Source: Sphyrna mokarran
Lineage: Eukaryota
Assembly: GCA_024679065.1 (NCBI GenBank)
Contig: JAGIQG010000008.1
Span: forward strand, 43,400,001 to 43,464,000
Length of the DNA: 64,000 nucleotides
Direction: 5' to 3'
A model generated the notes under the pieces. The model did not search any database. It worked only from the letters and a program-made list of their open reading frames with translations, and was not told where the DNA came from. The position numbers were made by a program, and so were the translations under genes. Shown one piece after another: positions 50,900 to 64,000 of this stretch. Position 1 is the first letter of the stretch; each line of letters opens with the position of its first letter.

Positions 50900-53600
50900 G
50901 GCTGCACTGTATTGCAGGCAGTAGCTCTGACTGACAAATTAGAATGGGGGAAGAGTGGGGATCTAATTGGAGGGAGTAACAACAAGACTGACATTTCAGA
51001 GTGGGGACTTGATTGAAGGGAGCAGCAGCAGTGACTGACAAATCAGAATGGAGGAAAGAGTGGGTCTTTCCACAGTGTCTTCCAAAAAAAAGCAAGGAGT
51101 AATGCCAGAGGACAACAGGTAGACGATTGTTGGTGAATTTATCTAGCACTGGGAAACTAAGAAGAAATGTTACATTTACAGTTTGCTTTAATTGATTTAT
51201 TTTCTCTGCCTTGGAATTTTAACAGTAAGTAAATTAATAAGAGTATCAGCACAGAACATGTTGAGAGATTAATTAAAATTAATAGTTTATGCAAAGCACT
51301 AACTAGCTTGTATAAGAAGAGATTTTTTTAGATCATGAATAGGCAATTGAGACCTGTTGTTTCTAATTCCTGCACCATGTGGAAACTTCAAGACTCCTCA
51401 TAGATCCTGAGAGCACCACATGTGCAGGGTGTATCTCTAGCAGGCATCAGTGTGGAGCATTAGGGAGAATGTTGTTTACTAGATCATACCTTCTATGAAA
51501 TGGCTAACCCACAGGCAGTAAGAGTTCAGGATAGTGGGTAGTCATCTGGAAGAGTTAGAAAAGGCAGAAAGTGCAGTAATCTTGGGTAATCTACGATGCT
51601 CAGTAGTAGAGACTACTGCGAGTGATGAACCTTGAAAAAGTGCAGTCCAAACTGTGGCAGCAATGGAAAAGAGACTGCAGAGGAGGGAATGGTAAAGAGT
51701 GGAAATACAGTTGTAATAGGATTTTCTGTGACTACTTTCAGAATGCGCATATGAATGGCGAATGGAATCTAATAGAAAGATACGTGAGGTGATGGATTTT
51801 GGCATAATTTAGACTAAATGATACATTTTTAAAGAGCACACAAGGACAGAGAGATCTGAAAGTTCACCTACATTGGCATTTGAAGGTGATAGAAGACAGT
51901 GAAAGAATATTCAATATTCTAGTTTTAGGCTTCATTAATAGTTAGTTGTAAATGTCTGGTTCAGATCCATTTTAGAATACAAATTTTATTTAAGGAATTA
52001 AAGTTTTAACTGTAGAAAAATGAGGATATTGAATTACCAAATTAATAAGCAACTCTGAAGTTAATGCAATTTAAAAGAAGCTTGAAGTTATACTGAATAT
52101 TCTTTCACTATAGATATTCAACTGTATATATTGCAGTTGAAAGGTAACCTGTTTAAAGGTTAGAGTAATAGTGGAAAAACTTGATAAATGAATAATCCAT
52201 CTCTCAGCCTGCAATGGCACCAGGCAATCTGGAGAGACAGTGATTACATATATTAAAAATATAAATTTCTATGGGGTGCAAAATCAATGCTTGCAAGCAT
52301 TTCTATTTGAAACACCCTAAAGCTTGTCAAACTACCAGAGGTGCAATGATTCATGGTGAATTCTTGGTTTGAAGGCTCTTTTCTTTAATCTGTGTGTTTG
52401 CTGACAGAATCAAGCTGTTCAGTTTGGGGACAGAGATAATTGGACTTTCAGTCGAGATTTAGGCTGAGCTCACTGATTTGGGAGAACCAAGGGGTAAATG
52501 TTTGTTAGTTAAGCCTGCATTTTGAGCAGAGAAAATACTGACTTCAGTGTTTACCCTGTGGAATATAGGTGATGCTTTATCTCAGTTTGGATTTATGAGG
52601 GAAAAACAACTAGAAGATTTTTTCCTATCTTGCAACTAGTGGAAAAAAACTACAATGATCCTCATAGAACCTCGTGGCAAAAGGACTCAGCAGAGTTAAC
52701 TTGGAAAACTGTGAGAAGACAGTTGAAGACATGTGGGCTCCCTGAACAAGGAGCTAGTGCATCCAAAGACATTAGTTCTGTAAATAAAATATGGTGCATT
52801 ATGTAGTCAAAAAACTAAAGGAAGGACCTCCATTGCATCTCACCATGGAGGATAGCTGACACATTGGGGAGAATTAAAACGAATTCCAAAGGGATTTGGC
52901 AGACCTTTGTGTTGGGCACTAAAGAAGTAAATGAACATTCAAAATTTTATAAGACTAGGGAATTCTTGAGTGAGGAGGTCGGGCAGGAATAGAATTGAGT
53001 GTATAGCATATGTCCTTGTAAATTATTGAACTCAATTTATAGCACAGATCCTTATGAACTATTGTGTTAATACTTGCTTTGCTTAATCTTTTTATTTATA
53101 ATTGTTTTTGTTTAAAACCATGATATATCATGGTGTAATTCTGACAGTTAATTGCTAGATGTTTGGATAGTCTTAACAGGATTGTTTAAAAAAAAGCAAA
53201 AAGGTTTGCACCAGTTCTGGTCAGCAAATTTTAGGAAAGAATGTGAGGATCCTTGAGAGAGTGTAGAGATCTGTCAAAATGGTTCTAAGGATTTTGAATT
53301 TTAGCTACAAGATTAGGTTAGAAGGAGCTGGGATTATTTGCATTTGAACAAAGGAGTTTGAGGGGAGATTTGATCGAGGTGGACAGTTTTAGGTAGGCTG
53401 TTCCCGTTGGCTGTTTGGACAAGGAGTGGTAATGACTCACAACTGTTGCCTACTAGAGTGGAAAAAAATGGAAAGGAAATTGGATAGACACTTGAGAGAA
53501 ATAAAGTTAGAGAGATATGGGGATAGAGTGTGAAATCAAGCTGATAAAATTATTGTAGAGAGATGGGCCAAATGATCTCCTTTCATGCTGAAATGACTCT
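50900..53600 (+). mobile_element. Old CR1 LINE (5' tandem repeats, ORF1 remnants, deleted ORF2 3' part) split by a ~1.2-kb insertion at 51981-53204
   Basis: Repeated ctgacaaat..gaatgg units at 50926-51064, then W.ME.N...EVMDFG. LVQIHLEY-like sequence ends at 51980 and C.QFWS resumes at about 53207. Confidence 0.6.
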
Positions 53601-54250
53601 GAGCTGATATACTGAACCAATACAATAAATGTCTCTCTATGTTGTCTGATATGCTGAAGACAACATTATTGCAGGTATTTTGTAATTTTATATTTTCTTC
53701 CTTTCACTCCTTCAGATGTCCCTGCGTTGTTTGCTACCTCCTATCTGAGGGTTTCTATGATTTAGGGGGTGGGACGGAAAATAAGCACAGCAAGAGTTGA
53801 GTACAGAGTAGTGCATGAATGCACCTCACAGCTAATTGTAAAGAATAAGTCATCCTTTTAATTTTTAATAGCCTCCCATACATAGTTGGCAATCCTAGAT
53901 GCTCAAAAGGAGCTAACATTCGTGATGTCCATCATTGTCCGGGAGCAACAATTGGGAAATATAGTGGATGGTCTATCCCTGTTGTATGAACATCATTAGA
54001 CTATTCCCACTCATTTTAAGGCAGATAAGTCTTACATCTCTAACACTTTTGCTGGAAGATTCTCCCATTTATTTCTACCAAGAGGTAAATACCTATTAGT
54101 GAGATAAACTATTTTTCGTAATATTCAGAAATTAAGTAATTTCTTTCTTACTTTTTCCATTGCCTTTTTCTTTAATCATTTAGGGGCTGCTTCAGCTAAT
54201 AAGTTTTATCTTGCTATACAATACAGGGAAATAAAAGGTTCTGTACACTA

Positions 54251-55047
54251 TGGCCAGGGTGTTTCAGATGGAGGGGTTCCTGTCCTGCCATCTGAAGTGT
54301 CTGCAAGTGTCAGTGAACCTGATTTCACCAGCACATGAGAAGGCAATGATTCTGACACTAGAGAGTCAGTGAGGGTGGACTTGTTATGGTCAACATGCGC
54401 AATCATAGAATGTTATGGATGTTCGACTTCTTGTGCATGGTGGTACAGATCTGATCCACCGTGAAGTACACCATTTTGTCAAATTGCGGTGGATTGTTTG
54501 ACACTAAGACTGTGGTTTCACATCCCATTAATTCTGCCTGCCACAGAGTCATTTCAGACTCAAATGAGCTCAGCTGGCTGCAGGCAAAACTTCCATCTCT
54601 CATTCAGAAATCCTGCCTGAGAGAGCTGCTGGCTAATCTGATTGGCCACCATCTCTATGGTTCCTGCAGTGGTGGAAGCTTCAACGGACAGAAGAGCTAC
54701 TTCCTGAAGACATCAGAGCCTAAATCTCATGGTTTGAGGACAGGAAAGGGAGGGAATGACTGGCTGTATGGATAATGGGTGTTGGGGGAGAGGCAGGGAG
54801 GTGCCAAATCAGCTGCCATCAGTCTTTAGGATGGGTCTAACCCTTCAGGGATAGTGCCCAAAGTTATAAGATGATAGAGGTGCTTCCCACTCCTCCCTGC
54901 CCAGGTCTGAGCCCATTAATTTTCAGAGTTCTGCTACATCTGGGAAATCACCTGCCAGCCTAAAAATTGAGGTGGAACAAGAAATATGAACTCATTTGAT
55001 GTATTACATGCCTTCCCTGCAACGCACTCCCTACCCCAATAAACTGG
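54251..55047. mobile_element. GC-richer MITE or DNA-transposon remnant
   Basis: GC-rich island ending gtgaaattcaggtc, in the same TIR style as the other MITEs here. Confidence 0.35.
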
Positions 55048-55329
55048 GGCAATGTGAAATTCAGGTCTATATATTTTATATCAAGCCTTTAATCACAAGA
55101 CTATTTTCCAAACTTGAAATTAGTTCATGATAATTATAGGTTATTTTGTTAATTGAAGGCTTTTTAAAAATTCTTTTACAGAATGTGGGCTTCGGTGGCT
55201 AGGCCAGCATTTATGGCCTATTCCTGATTGCCTTTGAGAACATGGAGGTGAGACACTTTCTTGCAACACTGCAGCCCCTGCAATGAGGACACACCCATAG
55301 AAAGAAAATAAAGAAAATGCTTAATTTAG

Positions 55330-55950
55330 CCATGCAGACAAGGTAACTCATTGAGCCATCAATGTTTTGCCTTTATTGTAAGTGGATTGAAGCATAAGGG
55401 TCAGGAAGTCTTGCTGCAATTGTATAAGACTTTGATGGGATCACACCTGAAATAGTGTATACAATTTGATATCTGTGCCCAAAGAAGGATATATTTACAT
55501 TATGGAGGTTCAACAAAGGTTCACTTGACTAGATAACCCCTCATCCCAGGAACCATGAAGTGAGATGGAGTAAATTGGGCCCATCTTCACTGGGGTTTAG
55601 AAGAATGAGAGGTCATCACAATGAAACATACAAAATTCCAAGCAGTCTTGACTGGGTAGATGTGGAAAGGCTGGAGAAGCTTGAACCAGGGGTCATATTT
55701 GCAGAAGAAGGGGCTGACTATTTTGCTAAGCAAGCATTTCTTTACACAAAACATTATGAATCTTTAGAATTCTCTACCTCAGAGGGCTGTGGGTACTCAG
55801 CTGTAGAGTATATGCAAGACCTAAATCGATGGATGTTTGCACTCCACAGAGATCAAAAATGGGTAAGTGGAATTGTTGTTAAAGACTAGCCATGATCTTG
55901 TCAAATGGTGGTACAGGTCTGAGAAGACATGTGGCCAATTTCTTATTTCT
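55330..55950 (+). mobile_element. Old CR1 3' fragment, preceded by an inverted LINE/SINE tail at 55165-55295
   Basis: QEVLLQLYKTL..SHL and SLGFRRMRG...ETYKI remnants. Confidence 0.7.
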
Positions 55951-56419
55951 CATCCCCTTAGGTCCTAGTTTTAATTTCTAAGTGAGTTAAATGAATTCAA
56001 TCAAGGTGACAGCAGGGACACAACAATCGACCTCAGATTAGATTTTAAAAAATCAGTTTACATTCTGCACAATTTTACAGTGTCCCACCAGTGAGTTTGC
56101 AGATGGGAGCCTGTAAAATTTTTAGATTGCCTTCCCTCTGTCCTCCTTCTGCCCATCCTATCAGACATTTTATGGTGGGGATTGATGAGGTCTTGTCCAG
56201 CCCTTCATCCTAAAATAGACAATTTATGACCATTTAAGGGTTGTTTTTCATTTTAAGGCTGGTTGGAGGAGTTCAGAAGCAGGTGGGGAAGTCTAAATTG
56301 GGCTAAACCATAATGCCCCTTTGGTTGAATAATCCACCAGCATCCACTGTATAATTTACCAGTGAAGTAGGAGTGCCTCAGGAAATTCTGAATAAACAGC
56401 AGATAAGGTATGGTGATAA

Positions 56420-56770
56420 TTTACAGAACAGAAGGAGGCCAAGATTGGCTCCTTGAAAGAACAGTTTGTGTACCGTGCCACATCCTGTTTTTTGTCAGTA
56501 ACCCTATACATTTATCATTCACAACTACCTGCCTAGCTGCCTTTTAAAATTGTTTCTAGAATTAGCTTCCACCACCCTTTCAAGTGGATCATTTCAGATC
56601 TCAGACTGAAAAATAATTTTTTTAACTTCCTCTCTCAATCCTTTCCCAATCACTTTCAGTCTATGTTTATTAACCCATTTGCTAGAGAGAATAACTTTCT
56701 CTAAATACACTTTCAAAACCCCTTATCAGAGTAACATCCTGGTCAACTTCTCCTCTATCTCCTGTAATGT
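56420..56770 (-). mobile_element. Old CR1 3' UTR fragment
   Basis: acagaacagaaggaggcc...gcttccaccaccctttcaag...tcaaaacccctta pattern of CR1 3' ends. Confidence 0.55.
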
Positions 56771-57134
56771 ATTTAAATAACATATTTCTATGTTACTGCT
56801 TACAAAGGTTACTTTAGAAGCTTTTATTATGTTTGGGGAATTTGAAAAAAATGAAACCCTAAAAAGACAAATGTTTAAAACAATTGTTTTTGTAGGTTTA
56901 CACCCACTGTTTAGTCCCTCATAAGGAAGACAGACAGTTAAATGAGATGCTGGAGTGCTGCAGAATACTGTAAGTTCCATGCTTTCAAAACATGAAGGAG
57001 ATATAAGGTACATGAGAGTAAAAAGTTGGGAGTACAAAACAAGATTTGCATTTTGTGATAAAAGAAAGGGAAAACACAAACAAAAATAGGTGTCTTAAGT
57101 GATGAGGTAAGGAATTCTTCAGTATCTACAACTA

Positions 57135-57317
<183 letters not shown>

Positions 57318-58510
57318 TCAACATATGCAAAGATTTCACCATTCTATAACAGTCACTGGTACCTCTTGACCAGCGTTGTCTGTGGGTTGCACAATGGGGT
57401 AAAAGTGCCCACTGACAACCCACCGCTTGCCACTGCAAAAAAAACTGTTCAAAATTAATGGGAAGAATGAGGAGGCACCAATGTGGTGGCATCTTGTTCC
57501 AAGTTGGAGAATTTCAGACTTGTGTTGGTTTCCAAGTTTAACTGGTTCCTCTACTTTTTTCAGTTCCACAAGTGTTGAAAATCTGAGCTTACAGTTATAA
57601 GTTGTAACAATAACATTGCTTTGCTTACAAAATTATATCACTGTTGCTCATACTTTGAGCCGTACATTTCAGTCTGGTTGTGTGGTTTCATACTAATGGT
57701 GGGGCTGAGGATTCTGGCTTATTCACTCATGTGGCCTCAGTCTTGGCGTTGTGCATCAGTGACTTGAATTTAAAATAGCTTGCAGGCTGCCTGGAAGGCC
57801 CTAGTGATTGACCAGTAGTTTGCACACCAGACTTTGAGAACCACTTTTCTGGGCTAAAGTCTATCCATCTATTGGTACTAAATAAATAATTTGTGTTACA
57901 TTATAACTCTCCCAAACTTATTTTACAACAAGCAAGAGATATTGGGTATAACTGTGACTATTCAGTTAAGATATCAGTTAACCACTCATCTCCTTTCGTT
58001 TTATTCATTGTTTTTATTTTTCTCGATCTGGCAATGCTCACATCTCTTTTGACAAGACAGATGAGTGTTTTGCTCTGACACTTGCTAATGCTTCCTTCAG
58101 CACTCCCTTAATTACACAAAGTGCAACTCATGTGGGATATCCTTGCTTGATTCTTCAATGCTTCCTACAGAAGAATCCAAAAGATTGCATCTCCCAATCT
58201 GAAGAAGCCCAGATTAATGTTGAAAGCCTTGGATGCTCATCTCTCTAACTTATATAAGTAGTGTCTCTCCTTGAAAATAGAATTCATCAGATATTTATTT
58301 AGAACGCATCTCTGCATGAGCTGAAATGCAAGTATTCATGTGTGCATCTTTATAACAAACTGCTTAGTTTATTTTCATCAAATTTCTATGTGTACTACTT
58401 GCATAGCTGCATTAATTCATTAAACAAAAGTAAGTGGGGCATCAGTGAAGTGGGGATAGAGATGATAATCTTGAATAAGATATTCTTCAAGAATTCAGCA
58501 GGTTAGAAAA

Positions 58511-58735
58511 AAAAGAATGACTTGCATTTATAAAGTACTTTTCACAACTGCTGTACATCTCAAAGCATTTTGCTACTTTTTGAGATATAGTCACTGCTAT
58601 CATAAATGAAAGTGGGCAGCCAATTTGCACACAACAACCTTCCATAAATAGCAATGACTAAATCATCTACTTATGCAATGTTCGTTGAGGAATAAGTACT
58701 GGCCAGGACACTGGTGATAACTCCCCTACTCTTCT
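58511..58735 (-). mobile_element. Deu-domain SINE 3' half
   Basis: gacttgcatttata, catctcaaagcattt, gcagccaatttgcacaca and ttgaggaataagtactggccaggacac. Confidence 0.65.
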
Positions 58736-59530
58736 CTTATGACAACTGAACAAGGAAGGAATAGAGAAAGGAGATCGATGGCAGTAAATAGTGGTGTAGA
58801 AGTGAACATTCAATTCTTTCTCTTAGTCTGCAGTAAGCAAATCATAGATACTGGGAGTGATTTCTACTCATTAATATCAATTGAGGGCATAATTTAAAAT
58901 TCTGAAAGATGTTCTTGAGAATTTATAGCATCACCTAAAGTCATGATAACATACTTTTGCAATCATTTCTTATTAATCTGCTATTACTTCCTTTCCATAA
59001 AACATGTGTTACTTTGCAGATCTCACAGAGCTCTTTTGCCATGAAAAATGTACATGTTTAGTCATACAAGCCAATGGTGCAAGTGTTGCAGTCAGTGGTT
59101 GAAGCTATTTGCAAAGATCATGTTATCTTGCCATGGAATCCACCTCTGTCAACATTAATTTGAATCTGGTACCAAGTCAAGGAGATCTCCAGGCATCCAG
59201 CAAAAGTGATGTCATCAAGCAAAGTAAGCAGTCAGTCAAATTGAAGAATTCTCACAAATAGTAAACCAAGAGATAAAAGCCATTTCATTTTTTCCACTTT
59301 TTACGGAGAGTGAAATAAAGATTGGGATTTACATATTGGAAGCAGAAATATCAAACAAAATTTAAAGAAACTTTTTAAAATATAAATTACCAAATTGTAT
59401 CACACCAACATAAAATTAGATTTCTAGTGCCAAGAAAGTTGTTCGGTATCAATTTAGTACACATTAAAAACCGCAGGTACCCTTCATTAACAAGGCATAA
59501 TCATTTCCAAGGATTTTAACAATTGAACTA

Positions 59531-60492
59531 GGCTCCCAATTCTCACCTCTAAAGAAACGTCAGACATTGGGTTTCATTTCTAGAGAGATGGAACTGAAAT
59601 GGGGCAATTCTCCCAAACCGCTGTGCTGCTCAAGCAATGCAGCAGGCCGAGGGACATGAGCAGAGGCTGTTTTGTGGGCTTCCCACTGGCTGCCACATCC
59701 TCTGTCAGTCTCCCAGGTAAAGATTTCTAGAGGAGTCAGCTCCGCGCTGGAAATCAGCACAGTTACAATATGGAAATCAGGATTTCCATAACATTAGTGG
59801 GCCCGGGACTGAGTTCTCTGGCCTCACTAGCATGCCTCCCCTCCCCCCATCACTGCTAGGAATGGCTCACTCTAGTAGAGTTTATACTGCTCCCCACTAA
59901 TGGGGAAATGGCAGCGCAAACCTGCTGGAGGGAAGAGAGGCCATTCAGGCCTCCCCAGGAGATTAGGGATAAGGGAGAAGCTCCATGGACAGTGCCAGAC
60001 TGGCACTCTGTCACTTCCCAAAGGACAAACTGGCAATGCCCACCAGGCAGTGTTAATGGGACAGGGACAATTGGGGAGTAAGGGTCTCATTGTCACTCTG
60101 TACTGGGATCACAAGTAGAGGGAGGGAAGAGGTGATCAGGATTGGCCATCTGAGGGAGTGGGGTAGGTGAAGGGTAAGTAGATGAGGACTGGCCCAGGGA
60201 GAATCAGGAGGCCAGCAATCAGGAGGCCAGCAGTGCAGAGCAACTGCGTATGCACCAATGTTAGAGCTGACAGATCGGCACATGCACAGTGGCCTACTCA
60301 ACACTATGCTGCTGGCCTCTCCAGTGAGAATGGGCCTGCCCCTTGATCTTCAGAATAAATCACACTCAGGCACCCTATGATGCTCAGAGAATTGGACATT
60401 CATTCTGAAAATCCCACTAAAAAACCTAAAGGGACTTACTCCCATTTTCCCGCAAATCGGATATTTAGAATTTTTTTTGGAGAAACCCAGCC
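59531..60492. mobile_element. ~960-bp GC-rich MITE (possibly PIF/Harbinger-derived)
   Basis: Ends ggctcccaattctc and ggagaaacccagcc. The internal segment is shared with 21600-22121. Confidence 0.55.
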
Positions 60493-60569
60493 ATTACATT
60501 CAACTTGTACAAAGTATTATTTTGACCAGACATGGAATGCTGAACAATTCCATCTGATCTCCATTTAAT

Positions 60570-60990
60570 AAAAAAAGTATTTAAAGGCACTGGCCTTTAA
60601 TATTGACTAGAGTGAGGTTAATCCTATGAGGAAGGATTAAACAGGCTCTGGCTATTTTTTTCTGGAAAAGAAGGGATTAATGATAGATATCTTTAAGATT
60701 ATGAAAATATTTGCAAGAGTAGACATGGAGAGGATGTTTCCAATTGCAAGTGAGACCAGAATGAATGACCATCATGAATGAATTCAAAAGGGAATTCAGG
60801 AAAAAGCTTTGTGGAATTTTTTAAAAGAAAATGAACTTGCTACCATGAGGGTAAATGACTTAAGTCAGTAGTTAAGAATACGAGAGAAAAGGCATAGAAG
60901 AGTATATTTATCGGATTTGAAGAAGAATAGGTTGAAAAGAATGGGTGGAACATGACCTGTTGTACTGCGTGGTCTGTTTCTTTGCTGTAA
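60570..60990 (+). mobile_element. Old CR1 3' fragment
   Basis: YEEGLNRLWLF.LEK and IDIFKIMK...RVDMERMFP remnants. Confidence 0.7.
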
Positions 60991-61639
60991 ATAATTAGTA
61001 AAAAATGTAAAAATATAAAACAATTGTTTTTTTATCACCCTCTCTGAAACCAATCTTTCTTTCCCTCTTTATTTCATTTGCAGTACCTGATTCGATGTTG
61101 ACGCTGAATTTACTATTCTAAGCCATACTTCTTTGTTCACAATCTGCACAACCACTATGAAATCTTTCCTCTGATTGACTGCGATACACAGTTGCTTTCT
61201 GTGTTCCCACATGTCCCAGTGCCTTGTAGTGGCTGTTGTCCCTTTCAGGCATTTGGTTGATTGCTCTGCTAAACCATATAGAAAGAACGTCGGCAAGTAC
61301 ATGTCCAAGAAATTCAGGGCAAAACCAGGTTCAGTGGAAATCAATAAATTCAGACTGGTCAAACATGACCCATCGGGGATCAACAAACAAATTAAATTGA
61401 AAAGTAATAAAATTTTGTGCAAATCCTGAAGGGTAAGAAAGTTGATGAGTAAGAAAAAGTAGGAATTATTGACCTCAAATATTCATGGAATTAGCCAAAA
61501 CATTGCAGTAGCTTCATCAGGGATTGATGGAACATCAGAAAAATAGTTTAAAAGGCCAATTTTAGCTATTGTAGCATTTCTGTAGGAATTTTGTTGATCT
61601 TCTACAAAAGGTATGACAGGAAATTAGGACAATCCACGG

Positions 61640-62300
61640 GGAATTCAGGATCAGAGGGCAATGCTCTGGAGTAAAAACAAAATTTTCTCAGTATCACAAG
61701 GTAAAAGAGTGGTCACAAAAGAGACAAAAACCACAAACAGTACAGATAGATTTGAAATGGAGGACAAAGTAGTAAATTCTTTGAATAATTATTTATTCCA
61801 AGTATTCACAAGGGAAGATAGGAATAGTATTCTCTATACAGACATTTGGTCGGAATTTTACTGACACGCCATTCCTGGAATTGGGACAGGCAAAATCGTA
61901 CAGCAGACTTCTCTGTTGGCCTTGGATAGGATTTTACAAGGCTTGCCTGAGAGGGATCGTAAAATCCTGACCGAATTATCCAAATGAAGTCAATAAGATA
62001 AAAATCAGATGAAAGTCTTAAAGTTATAAATTGTTTAAAACAAACAAATACCCAGGAAAATTATACTTATTCCAGAAAGAGATTAGAAGATTGGTGATGC
62101 AATGGTGATATCGCTGATCATTTGAAGGTGATACCAGACATGACACTGGATAAGAAACTGCCTAACTCTTTTCTCATATGCAAAAATTACTGGTACTGGC
62201 AACTACAGGCCCCTTAATTTCATTTCCATTCCAAGTAAAATAATGGAATCGTTTATTAGAAATAAACCTATAGAATTTCTGTAAAATAACAACTATGCAT
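61640..62300 (+). mobile_element. Old CR1-group pre-RT fragment
   Basis: LNNYLFQVFTRED, LKTNKYPG and GNYRPLNFISIPSKIMESFIRNK remnants. Confidence 0.65.
61848..61972. mobile_element. 125-bp MITE with 14-bp TIRs nested in CR1 fragment
   Basis: GGTCGGAATTTTAC ... GTAAAATCCTGACC are complementary at 12 of 14 positions. Confidence 0.7.
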
Positions 62301-62438
62301 TCTATGAATGGCAACCATTTAATTGGCTGCTGGTGAGCCAGCCATTCCGTCAAGGATCACAACCCACTCCCAACAGCTGTAGTCAGAGGTCCTAATTGCG
62401 ACTAGAGAAAGCACAGATATGAAGTTTAAATTTTAACA

Positions 62439-62722
62439 TTTATTTATATGTCACAAATAGGCTTACATTAACACTGCAATGAAGTTATTATGAAAATCCC
62501 CTAGTCGCCACACTGTGGTGCCTGTTTGGGTACACTGAGGGAAAAATTAGACTAGCCAAAGCATCTAACCAGCACATCTTTCAGACTGTAGGAAAAAAAC
62601 CAAAGCACTGGGAGGAAAACCACACAGACATGGAGAGCATACAGATTCCACACAAATGGTGATCGAAACCGGGAATTGAACTCAGGCTACTGGCAATGCA
62701 CTAACCACTGTACTACTATGCC
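62439..62722 (-). mobile_element. V-SINE with a non-CR1 (Rex/Babar-like) tail
   Basis: tRNA head and V-core as in 17435-17630, but the 3' end is ...taatgtaagcctatttgtgacatataaataaa. Confidence 0.75.
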
Positions 62723-64000
62723 ATCGCTCAATGTGTAGCCACTGCCAGAATGGGAGGCCCATTCAGGTGATAAAAGTGGACTCTAAGTGAAAAGTCTACC
62801 AGAAGCCCTCCTGGCTTTATCTGGCAGTCTTCCTTGTGCCGCATAAAGCCCCTCTACCACTGACAAAATGCCAGCAGAGGTGGGAAGTGACCCTTAGCTG
62901 ACCAGTTAAATGGCTCAGATGTCATTTGCTACCTTTCCCACTACTAGCAAAAGGCATGGCTGCTGAAAGATGTTCAGCATGCTATCTGCACTTTCCTGTG
63001 CATTTACCAGCCTTCCCATTTCCTAACCACTCCCAAATGTCCTGTAAAATTCAGTGCTATAGAAGTTGAGAGTTCAGATTTCCACCATTGCAAATTGTAT
63101 TCCAATAAATCTGATAGCTTACAGGATAGAAAAAACCCAACTGGTTCCAAGGACCAGATTTTTTTGATCCTGATTATACAAGATCAGAAATAAAATGGCC
63201 ACAAAGTGCCATGTCTGGAGCCCTGCCTCTATTTACACTTTCAGCCATTTTCATTAAGGCAGGGAAGTGAGCAGGCCCCAAGCCCACCCACTCCTATTAA
63301 GGAGGAAATTGACATAATTCTGAGCTAATTGACAGTCCATCCCAGGTAAGTTTTATAAATTCAGAGAATATATTTGTCTTACATTCTGCAAGCTATACAA
63401 TTTACCAGCGTGGCATTTTAATGGGAACTGGAGCACACAGTGATTAAAGCATAACATCCATAGTGTTTATTACAGCGGTAGAAGGGAGCACTGTTGGTCC
63501 CAAATGTTTTGCTCATATAGGAGGCATAGACAAGTCTGTGGCACTGAGTCTGTGCTGAATTCAAGTAAAAAATCTGATTTGTAATAATTCAATCACTGAG
63601 AATGAAAATTCAATATAATATTAAACTTCCTGAATGAGACAAAGATATTTTGAAAATTTCCAATTTGCCATCAATTTACCAGCCATCATTACTATTCCAG
63701 CATCCATTTGCTGCACTAATTAATTAGTGACAAATCAGTATTCATTTGCATATGCTTCATATTGATAAAACTGACAATTTAAAAGGGTAGTGAAAATTTT
63801 AAAATACCACTTGCATTTACCCCTATAATTGTATTTTGGTTAAACTTTCAACTCTGCTTTGTCTTTGATTTGTTTTCTCTTATCTTTCTCTCTCTCACAC
63901 TTGCACAAAGACCCTTCACTTCCTTTTCTCCACTATCCATCAATATTTTGTGTTTACTTTCTCCATTGTCTAACCCTTGCCCTCTTTCTTGGTGTCTGGG

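Noticed and set aside
50926-51064. CRISPR-like repeat-spacer pattern
   Set aside because: Only 2-3 degenerate units at the 5' end of a CR1, in a vertebrate context with no cas genes.

Overview
AT-rich vertebrate genomic DNA, most likely from an elasmobranch (shark), judged from recognisable HE1/V-SINE, Deu-SINE and CR1/HER1-type LINE copies. The whole window lies inside one minus-strand gene, SCUBE1, a secreted signal peptide-EGF-CUB protein. Four phase-1/phase-1 coding exons were reconstructed by hand: 57265-57140, 50286-50170, 43774-43685 and 24743-24627. They give three EGF repeats plus a 30-aa spacer exon. I could not find the flanking exons, so they presumably lie outside the window. The rest is intron, filled with decayed CR1, L2 and Rex/Babar LINEs, SINEs, MITEs and Penelope-derived fragments. 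Almost all listed six-frame ORFs are spurious or transposon-derived. I cannot demonstrate a new biological system. The best leads are: (i) a dense splicing-regulatory module around the 90-nt spacer exon, which encodes a furin-type site, with a CUAAY cluster, YCAY cluster, UGCAUG sites, decoy donors and a 13-bp stem; (ii) a possible unannotated SCUBE1 micro-exon or terminal exon at about 31.9 kb; (iii) a palindromic element carrying back-to-back hammerhead ribozyme cores; (iv) modular SINE/LINE head and tail sharing. Repeat family names and boundaries come from recognition by eye and are approximate.
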